Numbered from the stretch's first letter, positions 31,155 through 43,663 are shown. The stretch is DNA of 55,713 bases from an uncultured delta proteobacterium (GCA_963752595.1 CAVVYZ010000026.1:1-55713), one strand, 5' to 3'. Numbers and translations: made by a program. The notes: generated by a model not told the origin, from the sequence alone.

Positions 31155-32134
31155 TCAGTCCGAAACCGGGTAGATCACTTCTTTTTCCGTGATGATCGCC
31201 GTGATGAGCTGGTGCTCCGTCACGTCAAAGGCCGGGTTGAAGACATCCACCTCCGGGAGCGCATGACCGAACCGTGGAACGAGCGCACTTCGGAAGGGTC
31301 CCGCTCCTCGATGGGGATCTCCTCGCCGGTTTCGGCGTCCGGATCGAAGGTGGAAACGGCGCCGCAATATAGAACGGTATCCCGTGGACCTTGGCCAGGA
31401 CTGCCAGCGAATAGGTCCCGATCTTGTTCGCTGCATCGTAGTTCCGGGCGATACGGTCCGCGCCCACGATCACCGCATCGATCCGGCCGAGTTTCATGAG
31501 TCCATCCTGCCATGCTGTCCGTGATCAGGGTCGACAGGGACATCCGAGTTCTTCAGCTCGATAGGCAGTGATCCGCGCACCCTGCAGGAGGGGCCTGGTC
31601 TCGTCCATGTAGACCATCTCGAGCTTGCCCTGATCATGGAGCAGCTTGATGACGCCGAGCGCTGTCCCGATCCCGCCCGTGGCCAGTGAGCCCGCATTGC
31701 AGTGGGTGAGAACCGAATACGTCCTGTCTTCGGAGAACAGGCCGGCTCCGAGGCGGCCATGGATTCGTTGGCGAGCTTCTCCTCGTCCCAGATATCGTAC
31801 GCCTCCCGGAAAGCCTCGGGTAGAGTCGTCCTCGGGCTAGTCTTTCACGGCATCGAGGCACCTCCTGACGGCCCATGCAAGGTTCACGGCAGTGGGCCTC
31901 GCCTGTACGAGCGCCTCCGAGGCCTTCTCGAGCTCTTCCCTGCCGGTCGGGCGGCCAGGGCGCACCCGAAGGCTGCAGCGATGCCGATGGCAGGCGCGCC
32001 TCGCACGGCCAGGGTCTGGATTGCATGGGCCACCTCTTGCGCGGACTGCAGGGGATCCATATGCTTTCTCGGGTAATGCCCTCTGGTCAAGGATGTTGAA
32101 GGTATGGTCGTCGAAAGCAAAAAGGGCTGATCAT
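31155..32134 (-). CDS. mtnA: S-methyl-5-thioribose-1-phosphate isomerase, many indels
   Basis: [57 protein letters not shown]. Confidence 0.88.
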
Positions 32135-33328
32135 AGATTCGAGAAATTCCTTTGCCGGAGTATCTTTCTTCATGCCGGCCAGCTCGTCGATGCAGTGCTT
32201 GCGGATCTGCCGAGGCGCGGGAAGGTCGGAGACGATCCTTCCGGAATCGATGATCTTCTCGAGCAGCGGTTCAGCTCTCCGGAACACTCGCATGTTCTCT
32301 GCGCCCCGTAAGGGCACGACGTAGTCCTTCATGCAGGACCGGCACCGCAAGACGGATTTCTTTCCGGATTCCTTGCCGCGCTTTGCGATCGGCCTTCCCT
32401 CGATCTCCACGATGTCCATGGAGAAGTCAAGGGCGGCGGCACTCGAGATAATGCGTGCCCACTCCGAACGTATCTGCCGACGTCCACGAGATCGAGAACA
32501 TCCTTCACGTCGAGGCCGCCCGAGACAACGAGCCTGACATGCGGTATGCCCCCTGAGGTCGAGCTCCCACCTTACTTCCTTGAGGAGGCTTCTGAAATTT
32601 CCCCTCCGGGATGACGGGGTGTCGAGCCGTATGCCGGAGAGCCGCTCTTTCATGTGCTCGGCCACATGGATCGCCTCGAACTTCTCGTCCTGGAACGTAT
32701 CGATGAGCGAGATGCGGGGGACGTCCTTATCGATGATTTCATCGAATGCAAGCGTGGCGGTCAGCGTATCGCCCATAATGAGGACGAGTGCATGGGGCAT
32801 GGTGCCCACGGGGTTCTCTCCGATGAGCCGTGCGCCGGCAACCGTCGACACGCCGTCGCATCCGCCGATATAGGCGGCACCGCTCGACCATGGGTGCGAT
32901 CGATGGGTGGATCCGCCTGGCTCCGAAGCTGATGACCGGCTTGTTTCCGGCGGCCACCCTGAAACGGGAGGCCCGGGTGGCAATGCCCGATGCCTGGCAC
33001 AGGCAGCCAAGGATTGCGGTCTCCATCTCGCCGAAATCCAGGTATTTTCCCTCAATGGTCATGACCGGCGTGTGAGGGAAGAATACGATCCTTCGGGAAG
33101 GGCATGGACCGTGACCGCCCTGCCCTCGAGGAGGATGCACACCTCTTCGGCACCGGCAAAAACCCCCCAGCGGTATCGTTGATCCGGCAAGGACTTCATG
33201 AAAACCTCCATGCAGACGTGTTCGTTCAGATGTCTTGTTCTCAGGATATTCTCCGTACGGACAAAGTATATATCCGTGACGTCTCCCGCGCGTATCATTT
33301 CCGTATCGGCGATGTGCAGATTCTTCAT
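32131..33328 (-). CDS. pncB: Nicotinate phosphoribosyltransferase, with indels
   Basis: TDIYF, SFGARR.HP, GTMPHAL, LIDTF, GIRLDTPSSRRG, DFSMDIVEIEG..AKRGK. Confidence 0.85.
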
Positions 33329-34774
33329 TGCTCAAGCACCTCCTTTACTATTCTGCCGGCGAGCTTGGGGTTTGCTTTTCCCTTCGTTTCGCTCATGAGC
33401 CGCGCCGACAAAGAACCCCAGAAGCCCTGTCTTGCCGGCCCTGTACTTCGCAGCTTCTTCGGGATTGGCTTCAATGATGCTTCTCGCAAGTTCCCTGATC
33501 TGATCTTCATCGCTGAGCTGCGTGATATTCTTTTCCTGTACGATTCCGGCGGCGGATTTGCCCGTGGAGACCATCTCGCTGAAGACCTCTTTCGCGATGT
33601 GGACGGACATGACGCCCTGCAGGACAAGGCCGATCATCTCCGTGAGCCTCTCCGGACCGACCGGGAAGGAGGAGATGTCTATACCCTGCTCGTTCATGAC
33701 CCTCAAGACCTCGGTCATGATCCAGTTGCTGATCTCCTTTGGGGCATCCAGGAGCTTTACGCATTCCTCGAAATAGTCCGCCAGGGGCTTTGTACTGGGT
33801 GAGCACTCCCGCATCGTAAGCAGGCAGGCCGTAACTGGGCCTGGAACCGCTGCCTCATATGCGCGGGCAGCTCCGGCAGCTCCTCCCTGATCCGCTCGAT
33901 CCAGGCCGCATCGACCTCCACGGGTACGAGGTCAGGCTCGGGGAAATAGCGGTAATCGTGGCTTTCCTCCTTGGAGCGCATGGGCATGGTCGTGCCCGCT
34001 GCAGCGTTCCAGAGCCGTGTTTCCTGCACCACGATTGAGCCGCCGGAGTCGAGGATGCCGATATGCCGTGTCGATCTCGAAGTCGAGTGCCTTCTGCACG
34101 TTCCTGAAGGAATTCATGTTCTTGATCTCCGTGCGGATGCCGTATTCGGGCGACCCCGGCGGCTTGACCGAGACGTTGGCATCGCACCGGAAAGAGCCTT
34201 CTTCCATGTTCCCGTCGCAGATATCGAGGTACATGAGGATCTGGCGGAGTTCCTTCAGATAGGCTGCCGCCTCTTCCGGAGCTCGTGAGATCCGGCATCG
34301 ATGACGATCTCGAGAAGCGGGACCCCGGCGCGGTTGTAATCCACAAGGCTGTACGGGGCCCCGGCTCGTCGTGGATGGTCTTGCCGGCATCCTCCTCCAT
34401 ATGGATCCGCATGATCCTGATCCTCTTCACTCCGGCCGTTCAGCCTCGATATCGAGATGGCCGTTTTCGCACAGAGGGGTCTGGTGCTGGGTGATCTGGT
34501 AGCCCTTGGGGAGATCGGGATAGAAGTAGTTCTTCCGGGCGAATACGCTCCATTGAGATATCCGGCAGCCTGTGGCGAGGCCGAGCCTGATGCCGAAATC
34601 CACCACCTTCCTGTTCAGCACGGGGAGCGATGCCGGGCATGCCCATGCATACCGGGCAGGTGTTGGTGTTCGGCAAAAGAACTGTATGTGGCGGAGCAGC
34701 CGCAGAAGATCTTCGATTCGGTCAGGAGCTGGGCATGGACCTCAAGCCCGATGACTGATATCGTATTCCTTCAC
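33325..34774 (-). CDS. gatB: Asp/Glu-tRNA amidotransferase subunit B, many indels
   Basis: [77 protein letters not shown]. Confidence 0.93.
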
Positions 34775-36206
34775 GGCCTCACCTCGTGGAATTTCGTCCG
34801 GTCCTGGAAGGCAATGCCCGTGCCGCAGCAGCAGATCTTCACGGAAATGCGGGGCCATGAGCTGCATCCCGATGGGCAGGCCGTTCAGCGCCGAAGCCGC
34901 AGGGGATGCTTATGGCCGGCAGGCCGGCGAGATTCGCCGGGATGGTGTAGATATCGAGCAGGTAAATGCTCAACGGATCGTCCACCATCTCATGGAGGCC
35001 GAAGGCAGTGACCGGCGTGGTAGGCCCGGCAATGAGATCGCATTCTCTGAAGGCCTCCGAGAAATCACCGGCGATGAGTGACCTGACCTGCGAGGCCTTC
35101 TTGTAGTATGCCTCGTAATACCCGGCGGAAAGGACATAGGTGCCGAGCATGATCCGCCGCTTGACCTCGATCATTGAAGCCCCTTGACCGGGTCTCCAGG
35201 TACATGTCCATGAGATCCTTTGCATCCCCTGCCCTGGCCCCGTAGCGCACGCCGTCATACCGGGCGAGGTTCGAGCTCGCCTCGGCCGTGGCGATGATGT
35301 AGTAGACCGCAACGCCGTATCGGATATGGGGCAGTCGTATCTGCTTGATCTCGGCGCCGAAATTTTCAAGAGTTGAAATCCCGAAGAACACCGATCGCTC
35401 CACGTCGCTGATCGAGCCCTTCCCCGAAAAACTCTTCCGGGATGCCGATGCGGACTCCGCGCATATCCAGCGCTTCCAGGCTCGCAGCCGGATATTCCCT
35501 GGGAATGCTTGTGGAGTCAAAAGGATCATGGCCCTTAATGGCATCGAAGAGCACGGCCGTGTCCCGTGGCAGAGGCAGCCATGGGGCCGATCTGATCGAG
35601 CGATGAGGCGAATGCCACGAGCCCGAAACGCGATACCGCGCCATAGGTCGGTTTCAGCCCGGTGATGCCGCAGAAGCTGGCAGGCATCCTGATGGAGCCT
35701 CCGGTGTCTGACCCGAGAGCCCCTGCGCTTAAGCCCGCGGCAACCGCTGCAGCAGAGCCTCCGCTCGATCCGCCAGGGGTTTTCGAGGTGTCCCACGGAT
35801 TGAGCGTGGGGCCTGTGTTGCTTGTCGTGGTGGTCGAGCCCATGGCGAACTCATCGAGATTGGTCTTGCCGATAATGACTGCGCCTCGTTCTTTTAATCT
35901 CCTCACCACGGTTGCATCATAGGTGGGAACGAAATCGGCAAGGATGTTCGATGCACAGGTAGTGGCAATCCCCCGGGTGCAGATGTTGTCCTTGACGGCA
36001 ATGGGTATTCCGACGATGGGGTCGTCCGAGCCGGCGAGCAGCTTTTCTGCTGCTTCCGCATCCCTGAGCGCGCCCTGCTCATCCACGGTGATGAAGCTGT
36101 TGGAGGTATCCTTCCCGATTTTATCAAGGAGCCCTTGTATTTCCTGCACAGGGGACTTATCGAATCTGCGGTAGCTCCTTGCGGTTTCAAGGATGCGGTC
36201 TCCCAT
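34771..36206 (-). CDS. gatA: Asp/Glu-tRNA amidotransferase subunit A, with indels
   Basis: [55 protein letters not shown]. Confidence 0.94.
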
Positions 36207-36493
36207 TACTCGATGACCTTCGGCACCAGGATTAAGCCGTCCTTGTGCTCAGGAGCATTCAGGAGTGCTTCGGATATATCCTGGCTCTTCATGGCCTCAT
36301 CTGCCCTGAAGGCATTCGTGATAGGGAAGGAACGGCTCATGGGCCCGATGTTTCCGGTGTCGATCCCGGAGAGCATATCCATGTACTCGAGGATGGAGTT
36401 CAGCTCCTTCTGATATTTTTCCACTTCACCGGGGTCGAGCTTGATCCTGGCGAGCCCTGCTACATGGAGAACCTCGTCTTTAGTTATCTTCAC
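36206..36493 (-). CDS. gatC: Asp/Glu-tRNA amidotransferase subunit C
   Basis: [15 protein letters not shown]...NAPE..G..LVPKVI. Confidence 0.93.
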   Translation of the reverse strand: MKITKDEVLHVAGLARIKLDPGEVEKYQKELNSILEYMDMLSGIDTGNIGPMSRSFPITNAFRADEAMKSQDISEALLNAPEHKDGLILVPKVIE

Positions 36494-36729
36494 TTAAGGG
36501 TCATCTCCTCAACCGGATAGGAGCTGTATCCGCTCCTGTGTAATCGTGCAGCATGCAATTTTCCAGGTCTTGAGATCTTATATAATAAAAATTTTTACGC
36601 CTCAAGGTAAAGCTCTCATTAGAAATTTGTTTAAAAAAGGAATTGATTTATTTCTATGTATTAATGTATTACGTTAGACAGCGTTATCAATAATATCATG
36701 CTAATCTAACTACATTGGAGGAGGCATCC

Positions 36730-38550
36730 ATGCCAAAGTTCGCTGAAACATCAATACCTGCGGTTTTTCAGAACCGGGTAGAGCAGTTCGGGAGCAGGGC
36801 CATCTGCGCTTACAAAAAAGACGGCGTCTATACAGACATCTCTTGGGACAAGCTGAACGAGATGGTAAGGAACCTGGGGTATTTTCTTATCAACAGGGGC
36901 GTAAAACCGGGCGATAAGGTATGCCTTTTCTCCCCCAACCGGTACGAGTGGTGGGTTACGGATCTGGCGATCCTGTCCATCGGTGCGGTGAATGTTCCCA
37001 TCTACGCAACAAACTCTGCGGAAGAATCCCGATACGTCATAGATAACTCGGATGCCATCATGTGTTTTACCGCTACCAAGGAGCACACGGAGAAGATCGT
37101 CTCGGTCAAGGCCAAGCTCCCCAACTTACGGGAAATCATCAGCTACGATCCCCTTGCGAAGCCGATTGACGGCGTCATCGAGCTCGGTGCAGCTTACAAG
37201 GAAGGTGTAGGCGTTCCCAATGCCGATGAATTCGACAAGAGGATCCGCAACATCAAAAAAGACAATATGGCGACCATCATCTATACCTCCGGCACAACCG
37301 GAAATCCCAAGGGCGTCATGCTCTCGCACAATAACTTCTTTGCAAACGTCCAGCAGATCTACAACGTCGATCCCGAACTCTTCGCCCGTGCAGACGAGCT
37401 GACATTCCTTTCCTTCCTGCCGCTGGCTCATTCCCTGGAGCGGACCTGCGGATACTACACGCCGATGCTGCACGGCATGAAGGTTTACTTCGCCGAAGAC
37501 TTCGCCAAGATTCTTGGAAACTTCCAGGAGGTCAGGCCTACCTGCATCGTAAGCGTGCCGAGGCTTTATGAGAAGATCCATACCGGCATCCTCGCCAAGG
37601 TCGCAGGCGCACCCCCGGTCAAGAAGGCACTCTTCAACTGGGCAATGGGAATCGGCCGGGAAAACCTCCCCTATGTCTGCAACCAGAAGCCGCGCACAGG
37701 CTTCTATGCGTTCAAGTACAACCTGGCCAACAAAATCATCTTCTCCAAGCTCAAGGCAGCACTCGGCATGGACAAGCTCGAGTTCGGGTTCTCGGGCGGC
37801 GGCCCTCTTTCTGTCGCCGATGCGGAGTTCTTCCTCGGCATGGACATCAAGATCATCGAGGGCTTCGGTTTGACGGAAACGACACCGGTCACCAACACGA
37901 ACAAAAGAAGCAAGATCAAGCCGGGCACCGTAGGCATAGCCGTCAAGGATACGATCGTGAAGATCGGCGACGGCGGCGAGCTCCTCATCAAGGGCCCCCA
38001 GGTCATGATGGGGTACTACAAGAATGAAGCGGCCACCAAGGAAGTTTTCACCGAGGACGGCTTCTTCCGCACCGGCGATATCGCAGAGATCGATTCGGAC
38101 GGATATGTGAAGATCACGGGCAGGATCAAAGACCTCATCATCACTTCCGGCGGCAAGAACATATCTCCGCAGAACATTGAAAACGCGCTGAAGACATCTA
38201 CCTACATCGAACAGGTCGCAGTGATCGGCGATAACCGGAAGTATCTCTCCGCCCTGATCGTACCGGCCTTTGCCGAGCTCGATAACTGGGCAAAGGCAAA
38301 CGGGGTAACCTTCAGCTCCCGGCAGGAACTGGTCACGGATCCGAAAATCAACGAGCTCTATGCGAGAGAAATCGAGAACTTCATGAAGGACTATGCACGG
38401 GTCGAGCAGATCAGGAAATTCTCTCTGCTCGACAAGGAATGGTCTCAGGAGACGGACGAGCTTACCCCGACACTGAAGCTCAAACGCAGGGTGGTCAACC
38501 AGAAGTATAAGGATGTCATCGAAAAGATGTATCCGGAAGATTTGTCTTAA
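36730..38550 (+). CDS. Long-chain fatty acid-CoA ligase (AMP-dependent synthetase), copy 1
   Basis: IYTSGTTGNPKG, EGFGLTET, TGDI, GRIKD, GGKNI.P, ELTPTLK. Confidence 0.93.
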   Translation: MPKFAETSIPAVFQNRVEQFGSRAICAYKKDGVYTDISWDKLNEMVRNLGYFLINRGVKPGDKVCLFSPNRYEWWVTDLAILSIGAVNVPIYATNSAEESRYVIDNSDAIMCFTATKEHTEKIVSVKAKLPNLREIISYDPLAKPIDGVIELGAAYKEGVGVPNADEFDKRIRNIKKDNMATIIYTSGTTGNPKGVMLSHNNFFANVQQIYNVDPELFARADELTFLSFLPLAHSLERTCGYYTPMLHGMKVYFAEDFAKILGNFQEVRPTCIVSVPRLYEKIHTGILAKVAGAPPVKKALFNWAMGIGRENLPYVCNQKPRTGFYAFKYNLANKIIFSKLKAALGMDKLEFGFSGGGPLSVADAEFFLGMDIKIIEGFGLTETTPVTNTNKRSKIKPGTVGIAVKDTIVKIGDGGELLIKGPQVMMGYYKNEAATKEVFTEDGFFRTGDIAEIDSDGYVKITGRIKDLIITSGGKNISPQNIENALKTSTYIEQVAVIGDNRKYLSALIVPAFAELDNWAKANGVTFSSRQELVTDPKINELYAREIENFMKDYARVEQIRKFSLLDKEWSQETDELTPTLKLKRRVVNQKYKDVIEKMYPEDLS

Positions 38551-38585
38551 ACGAGCAAGCTTCTAAAAAACTCGTAATAGCTATA

Positions 38586-38615
38586 GGGAGGGCAGTTTCT
38601 GTCCTCCCTTTTTTA
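38586..38615 (+). terminator. Intrinsic terminator after ligase copy 1
   Basis: GGGAGGGCAG-TTT-CTGTCCTCCC followed by a T-tract. Confidence 0.8.
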
Positions 38616-38791
38616 TTCCAAGGATCTCGCAAAAGGGCTGTGATGCACACCCGACTGAGTGAAGAATGTCACCGGGCGCATTCATAGACAATCGCTTAAT
38701 AACGTTATAGATAAAAACCTTGATAAATGGGTATCATTCTTTTATAATAACTAGCAAATCTTGATCTAATCCAATTTTTTAGGAGGTACTC

Positions 38792-40605
38792 ATGGGGAAA
38801 TTCAAGGAAACGTCTATGGGAGCGATCTTCCAGAACCGCGCTCAGCAGTACGGTGACAAGGCGCTCGTATCCTTCAAGAACAAAGAAGGTATCTGGGAAG
38901 AACTTTCGTGGAACCAGATTAACGAAATGGTGAGGAACCTGGGCAATTATCTTCTCTCGAAAGACATAAAACCCGGAGATAAGATCGCCCTGTTCTCGCC
39001 GAACAGGTACGAATGGTGGGTAGCCGACCTGGCCATTCTCTCCGTCGGGGCGGTCAATGTACCGATCTATGCAACGAATTCGGCATCTGGAATGCCGCTA
39101 TATTATCGATAATTCCGATGCCATCATGTGTTTCACAGGGACCAAAGAGCACACCGATAAGATCGTTTCCGTCAAGGGAGACCTCCCGAACCTCAAGGAG
39201 ATCATCGTCTTCGATGAGCTGGCGAAAAAGGTACCGGGGGTTCTCCAACTGAGTGATGTTATGAAGGAAGGGAGCAAGTATCCCAAGAAGGACGAGTTCG
39301 ATGACAGGTTGAAGCCCATCAACATCGAAGACGTGGCAACGATCATCTATACATCGGGTACGACGGGCAACCCCAAAGGGGTCATGCTGACGCACAAGAA
39401 CTTCGTTTCCAATGTCAATCAGGCCCAGGCAGTCGATCCCGACTTTCTCACGGGCGACCATGTCTTCCTTTCCTTCCTGCCCCTGGCCCACTCCCTGGAG
39501 CGCACGGTCGGTTACTATGCGCCTATCTTCCTCGGGCACAAGGTGGCCTTTGCCGAGGATGTCTCAAAGCTGCTGGAAAACTTCCAGGAAGTCCGCCCCA
39601 CGTTCATCGTGAGCGTACCCAGGATTTATGAAAAGGTCCATAACGGGATCGTTGCCAAGGTCGCAGGCGCACCGCCGATAAAGAAGGCCCTGTTCAACTG
39701 GGCCATGGGCATTGCGAAGCAGAACCTCCCCTACATCTGCAACGACAAGCCGCGCACCGGATTCTTTGCCTTCAAGTACAACCTCGCAAATAAGATCATC
39801 TTCTCCAAGCTCAGGGTCGCCCTCGGTATGGACAGGCTCAAGGGTGCTATTTCCGGCGGCGGGCCATTGTCCGTCTCCGATGCTGAGTTCTTCCTGGGCA
39901 TGGACATCAAGGTCCTGGAAGGCTTCGGGCTTACCGAAACGACACCCATCACCAACGCGCAACAGGCCGAAGAAGATCAAGGCCGGCACAGTCGGCGCAC
40001 CGGTAAAGGATACCATCATCAAGATCGGCGAAGGCGGCGAGATCCTCATCAAAGGCCCCCAGGTCATGAAGGGGTATTATAAGAACGATGCGGCCACCAA
40101 GGAAGTATTCACCGATGACGGCTTCTTCCGCACCGGCGACATCGGCGAGATAGACGATGACGGATACCTCAAGATCACCGGCAGGATCAAAGACCTCATC
40201 GTGACCTCCGGCGGCAAGAACATCTCCCCGCAGAATATTGAGAACAGCCTCGTGGCGTCATCCTATATCGAGCAGGTTGCGGTCATCGGCGACAACCGGA
40301 AATATCTCTCGGCGCTGATCGTTCCCTCCTTCGAAAATCTCGAGAAATGGGCAAAGGCCCAGGGAATCACCTACAGCAACCCCAAAGAGCTTCTTTCGAA
40401 CGACAAGGTTGCCGGGCTCTTCGAGAAGGAACTCGAGGCAAACATGAAAGAGTATGCACGGGTCGAGCAGATCCGTAAGTTCACCCTCCTTGACCGCGTA
40501 TGGAGCCAGGAAACGGGCGAGCTCACCCCCACGATGAAACTGAAGAGGCGCATCATCAACCAGAAGTATGCCGGCCACATCGAGGCAATGTATCCGCCCG
40601 AATAA
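38792..40605 (+). CDS. Long-chain fatty acid-CoA ligase, copy 2 (two indels)
   Basis: Same motifs as copy 1, split over ORFs 38792..39112, 39057..40082 and 39712..40605. Confidence 0.92.
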
Positions 40606-40630
40606 CCTGCGCCGGAAATAATGTGCAAAC

Positions 40631-40664
40631 AAGGGGAGCGTGAATAGCGCTCCCCTTTTCTTTT
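40631..40664. terminator. Terminator between the convergent ligase and activase genes
   Basis: AAGGGGAGCG-TGAATAG-CGCTCCCCTT followed by TTCTTTT. Confidence 0.75.
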
Positions 40665-40695
40665 GTGCTGTTTTTATGGGGATTTCTGTTGAATC

Positions 40696-41463
40696 TCAGA
40701 GACTCATGGCCATTACTGCTGCGCCGATGGCGCCGTTGACCTGGGCAAGGTCGGTAACCTGGATGGGCGAATTGAAGCGCTTCTCAAGGATCCTGACGAG
40801 GCCGATATTCTTGGCCACGCCGCCGGTCATCATAAAGGGCGCTTTCACGGGCAGCCGCTGGGCCATGGCATAGATGCGCGATGCCACCGACTCGTGGATG
40901 CCGCAAACGATGTTTTCCCTCGCCTCGCCTTTGGATATGAGCGAAATGACCTCCGACTCGGCAAACACCGTGCAGATGCTGCTGATCTTGGCAGGTTTTT
41001 CCGAGCGGAGCGACAGGTCGCCGAAATCATCGAGGTTGACTTCCAGGGCGCGAGCCATGACCTCGAGGAACCTGCCTGTGCCCGCAGCGCACTTGTCGTT
41101 CATGACAAAATCCTTTACCTTTCCCTTTTCATCCAGGACAAGGGCCTTGCTGTCCTGCCCGCCCACGTCCACTACGGTCCTCGTCTCGGGGTTCTGGAAA
41201 TACGCGCCTGTTCCGTGACAGATGATCTCGGTCATGCTCTTATGGGCGAAATCCACACTGTTCCTGCCGTAGCCGGTGGAGACGATCCTGTCTATGGATG
41301 AGTACTCAATCCCGAGCTGGTCCAGGAGCTCTTCGAATATCTTCCGGCCTGCGTTTGCCGCATTGTATCCGGTGAACCCGACGCGCGTGCCCAGGATTTT
41401 ACCGTTTTCGATGATTGCCGCTTTTGCGCTGATGGAGCCGATGTCGATCCCTGCTGTTCTCAT
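40696..41463 (-). CDS. CoA-substrate-specific enzyme activase (HgdC/BadF-type ATPase)
   Basis: GIDIGS, TGYGR, DVGGQDSK, NDKCAAGTGRF, CTVFAESE, TGGVA. Confidence 0.93.
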   Translation of the reverse strand: MRTAGIDIGSISAKAAIIENGKILGTRVGFTGYNAANAGRKIFEELLDQLGIEYSSIDRIVSTGYGRNSVDFAHKSMTEIICHGTGAYFQNPETRTVVDVGGQDSKALVLDEKGKVKDFVMNDKCAAGTGRFLEVMARALEVNLDDFGDLSLRSEKPAKISSICTVFAESEVISLISKGEARENIVCGIHESVASRIYAMAQRLPVKAPFMMTGGVAKNIGLVRILEKRFNSPIQVTDLAQVNGAIGAAVMAMSL

Positions 41464-41519
41464 GTCTCATAGCCTTTCACAAAATAAGAAACTGTGTCGT
41501 GAGTATCACGCATTGTTTC

Positions 41520-42281
41520 TTATACCGCTGTTGCTCCGCCGTCCACGAGTATTGTCTGGCCCGTGATGAAGGCCGATGCCTCGGATGCGAGGAAGAGCAC
41601 GGGATGCACCACATCCATGGGCTCGGCGATCCTCCCCATGGGGATGTTCTTTACGATAAGGCTGCATAAGTCCGGATTTGACCAGAAGGGCTTGCTGAAA
41701 TCGGTCCGCACCATGCCCGGTGCTACGGCATTGACCCGCACGCCGTACTGGGCGAGCTCGCTTGCCATGACCCTGGTGAGCATTTCCACCCCTGCCTTTG
41801 CGATCCCGTAGATGCCCATGGCGGGTGAGGCTTTTCTGCCTGCAATGGATGAGACGTTCACGATGGTGCCCCGGCTCTGCGTGCGCATCATCCGGGAGGC
41901 CGCCCTGGAGCACAGGTAGGTGCCGGTGAGGTTCGTTTCCATGATCTTCTGCCACATGGTAAAATCCGTGTCCGGGATCGATGGGGTGATGAGATTCATG
42001 CCCACGTTGTTGATGAGGATATCGATGCGGGGATGGACCTCCATGATCTTCCTGAACAGCTCTTTCACCTCGCCTTCCTTGGCGATGTGCGCCTGGAAGG
42101 TCACGAGGCTTTCGCTGCCGAGTTCTTTTTTTGCCGCATCGAGGTTCTCCTGTTTTCTTCCGCAGATGACGACATGAGCCTTCTGCCTGATCAGCTCCCT
42201 GGCGATCTCCAGGCCGATGCCCCTGCTCCCTCCGGTCACTACCGCGACCTTGCCTTCAAGCCCGTAGGTGATATTCCCCAT
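41520..42281 (-). CDS. Short-chain dehydrogenase/reductase
   Basis: TGGSRGIG, NNVG, YGIAK, RVNAVAPG, ITGQTILVDGG. Confidence 0.93.
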   Translation of the reverse strand: MGNITYGLEGKVAVVTGGSRGIGLEIARELIRQKAHVVICGRKQENLDAAKKELGSESLVTFQAHIAKEGEVKELFRKIMEVHPRIDILINNVGMNLITPSIPDTDFTMWQKIMETNLTGTYLCSRAASRMMRTQSRGTIVNVSSIAGRKASPAMGIYGIAKAGVEMLTRVMASELAQYGVRVNAVAPGMVRTDFSKPFWSNPDLCSLIVKNIPMGRIAEPMDVVHPVLFLASEASAFITGQTILVDGGATAV

Positions 42282-42407
42282 ACGCATCACTCCTTCATTC
42301 AGATTATACCCCATACGGATACTAGCCCATGAAGATAATCCTTTCAATGGGAAACAGCTTGTAATATGATGATACAACAATATTTTCCCTTTCTGCTGGA
42401 GGGTGGC

Positions 42408-43663
42408 ATGAAGACTGTTTCTGTCCCATCGAGGCTCTGGTACGAGAACAAAGATCGGTCGCTTACGTTCCCTGACAGGTGGGAGGTCGACAACCTCACC
42501 TCTCCCGGTTTCGAGAAGCCGGGCCTTTCTCCCGAAGAGATCCGGGAAAAGGTGGTGAACCCCATCGCAGGGCCGTCACTTGCCGAACTGGCCACGGGCA
42601 GGAAACAGGCGGTAATCGTCTTTGACGACATGACCCGGCCCACACCCGGTGAAGGACATCGCGCCCGCATGTTCTCGAGCAGCCCTCCACCGGGCCGGCA
42701 TGAAAAAAGACCAGATCCGGTTCATCTGGGCCCTGGGCGTCCCACGGGGCATACGACATGATCAACGCCCGGAAGAAGCTGGGGGATGAAATCGTGGAAA
42801 ATTATGCGGTGTACAACCACGATCCCTTCCAGAATACCGTCCGGGTGGGCAGGACCCCGACCGGCGTGGAGCTGTGGTTCAACCGGGAGTTCATGTCCTG
42901 CGACCTGAAGATCGGCATCGGCTGCATCACCGCCCATGTCCATGTGGGATTCGGGGGAGGGGCCAAGCTGATCCTGCCCGGGCGTCGCCGGGATCGAGAC
43001 CATCAACCAGTTTCACAACCAGCTTTACCGCGACCAGACCCGGACCGGCCTGGGAAATTTCGACAATAACATCATGCGCGCCGAATGTGATGCCGCAGGC
43101 GACATGGCCGGCCTCAATTTCAAGGTGGATTGCCTCATCAACCGCAAGGGCGAGATCACGAACCTCTATGCCGGTCCCTTCAGGGCCACCCATGCTGCCG
43201 GCGGCGAGGAAGGCAAGGATCACTACGGCATCCCGTTCTCTTCCGGCTATGACATCTGGTGAGCAATGCCTATGGAAAGGCCAACGAATCGGCCATCGCC
43301 ATGCTGCTCGCGCTGCATGACCATGAAACCGGGCGGCCAGGGTACGGCGGTGCTGATCTCCGATGCACCGGAAGGGCAGGTCCCCCATTATGTCATGCGG
43401 GCATGGGGAACCGATTACGGCGGAGCGCCACTACGCTCCGCAGAGGTCCCGGGCTTCATCCCCCTCCTCATGAAGAAGCTCATCGTGCTGGACCCTTATC
43501 CCGACCGGACCGGCCTGGATCTGATCTGCCATGACGACGATGCCCTTTTTGTCAAAACCTGGGCAGGAGTGTCTCGGAATACTGGAAGAGGATTTTCCCC
43601 GGGATGCACGAGGTCGCCGTGATTCAGGACGGCACCATGCAGTACATGAAGCTCCAGGCCTGA
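42408..43663 (+). CDS. Lactate racemase LarA-like (DUF2088) protein, many indels
   Basis: IVFDDMTRPT, ALG.H, KKLG, HVGFGGGAKLILPG across frames. Confidence 0.75.

Noticed and set aside
28473-36206. Apparent mass pseudogenisation or programmed frameshifting (also at 64-2694, 13083-14373 and 38792-44760)
   Set aside because: The indels cluster by region and hit normally essential gatA and gatB while all motifs stay intact, which points to sequencing or assembly error. Read polishing would confirm this.
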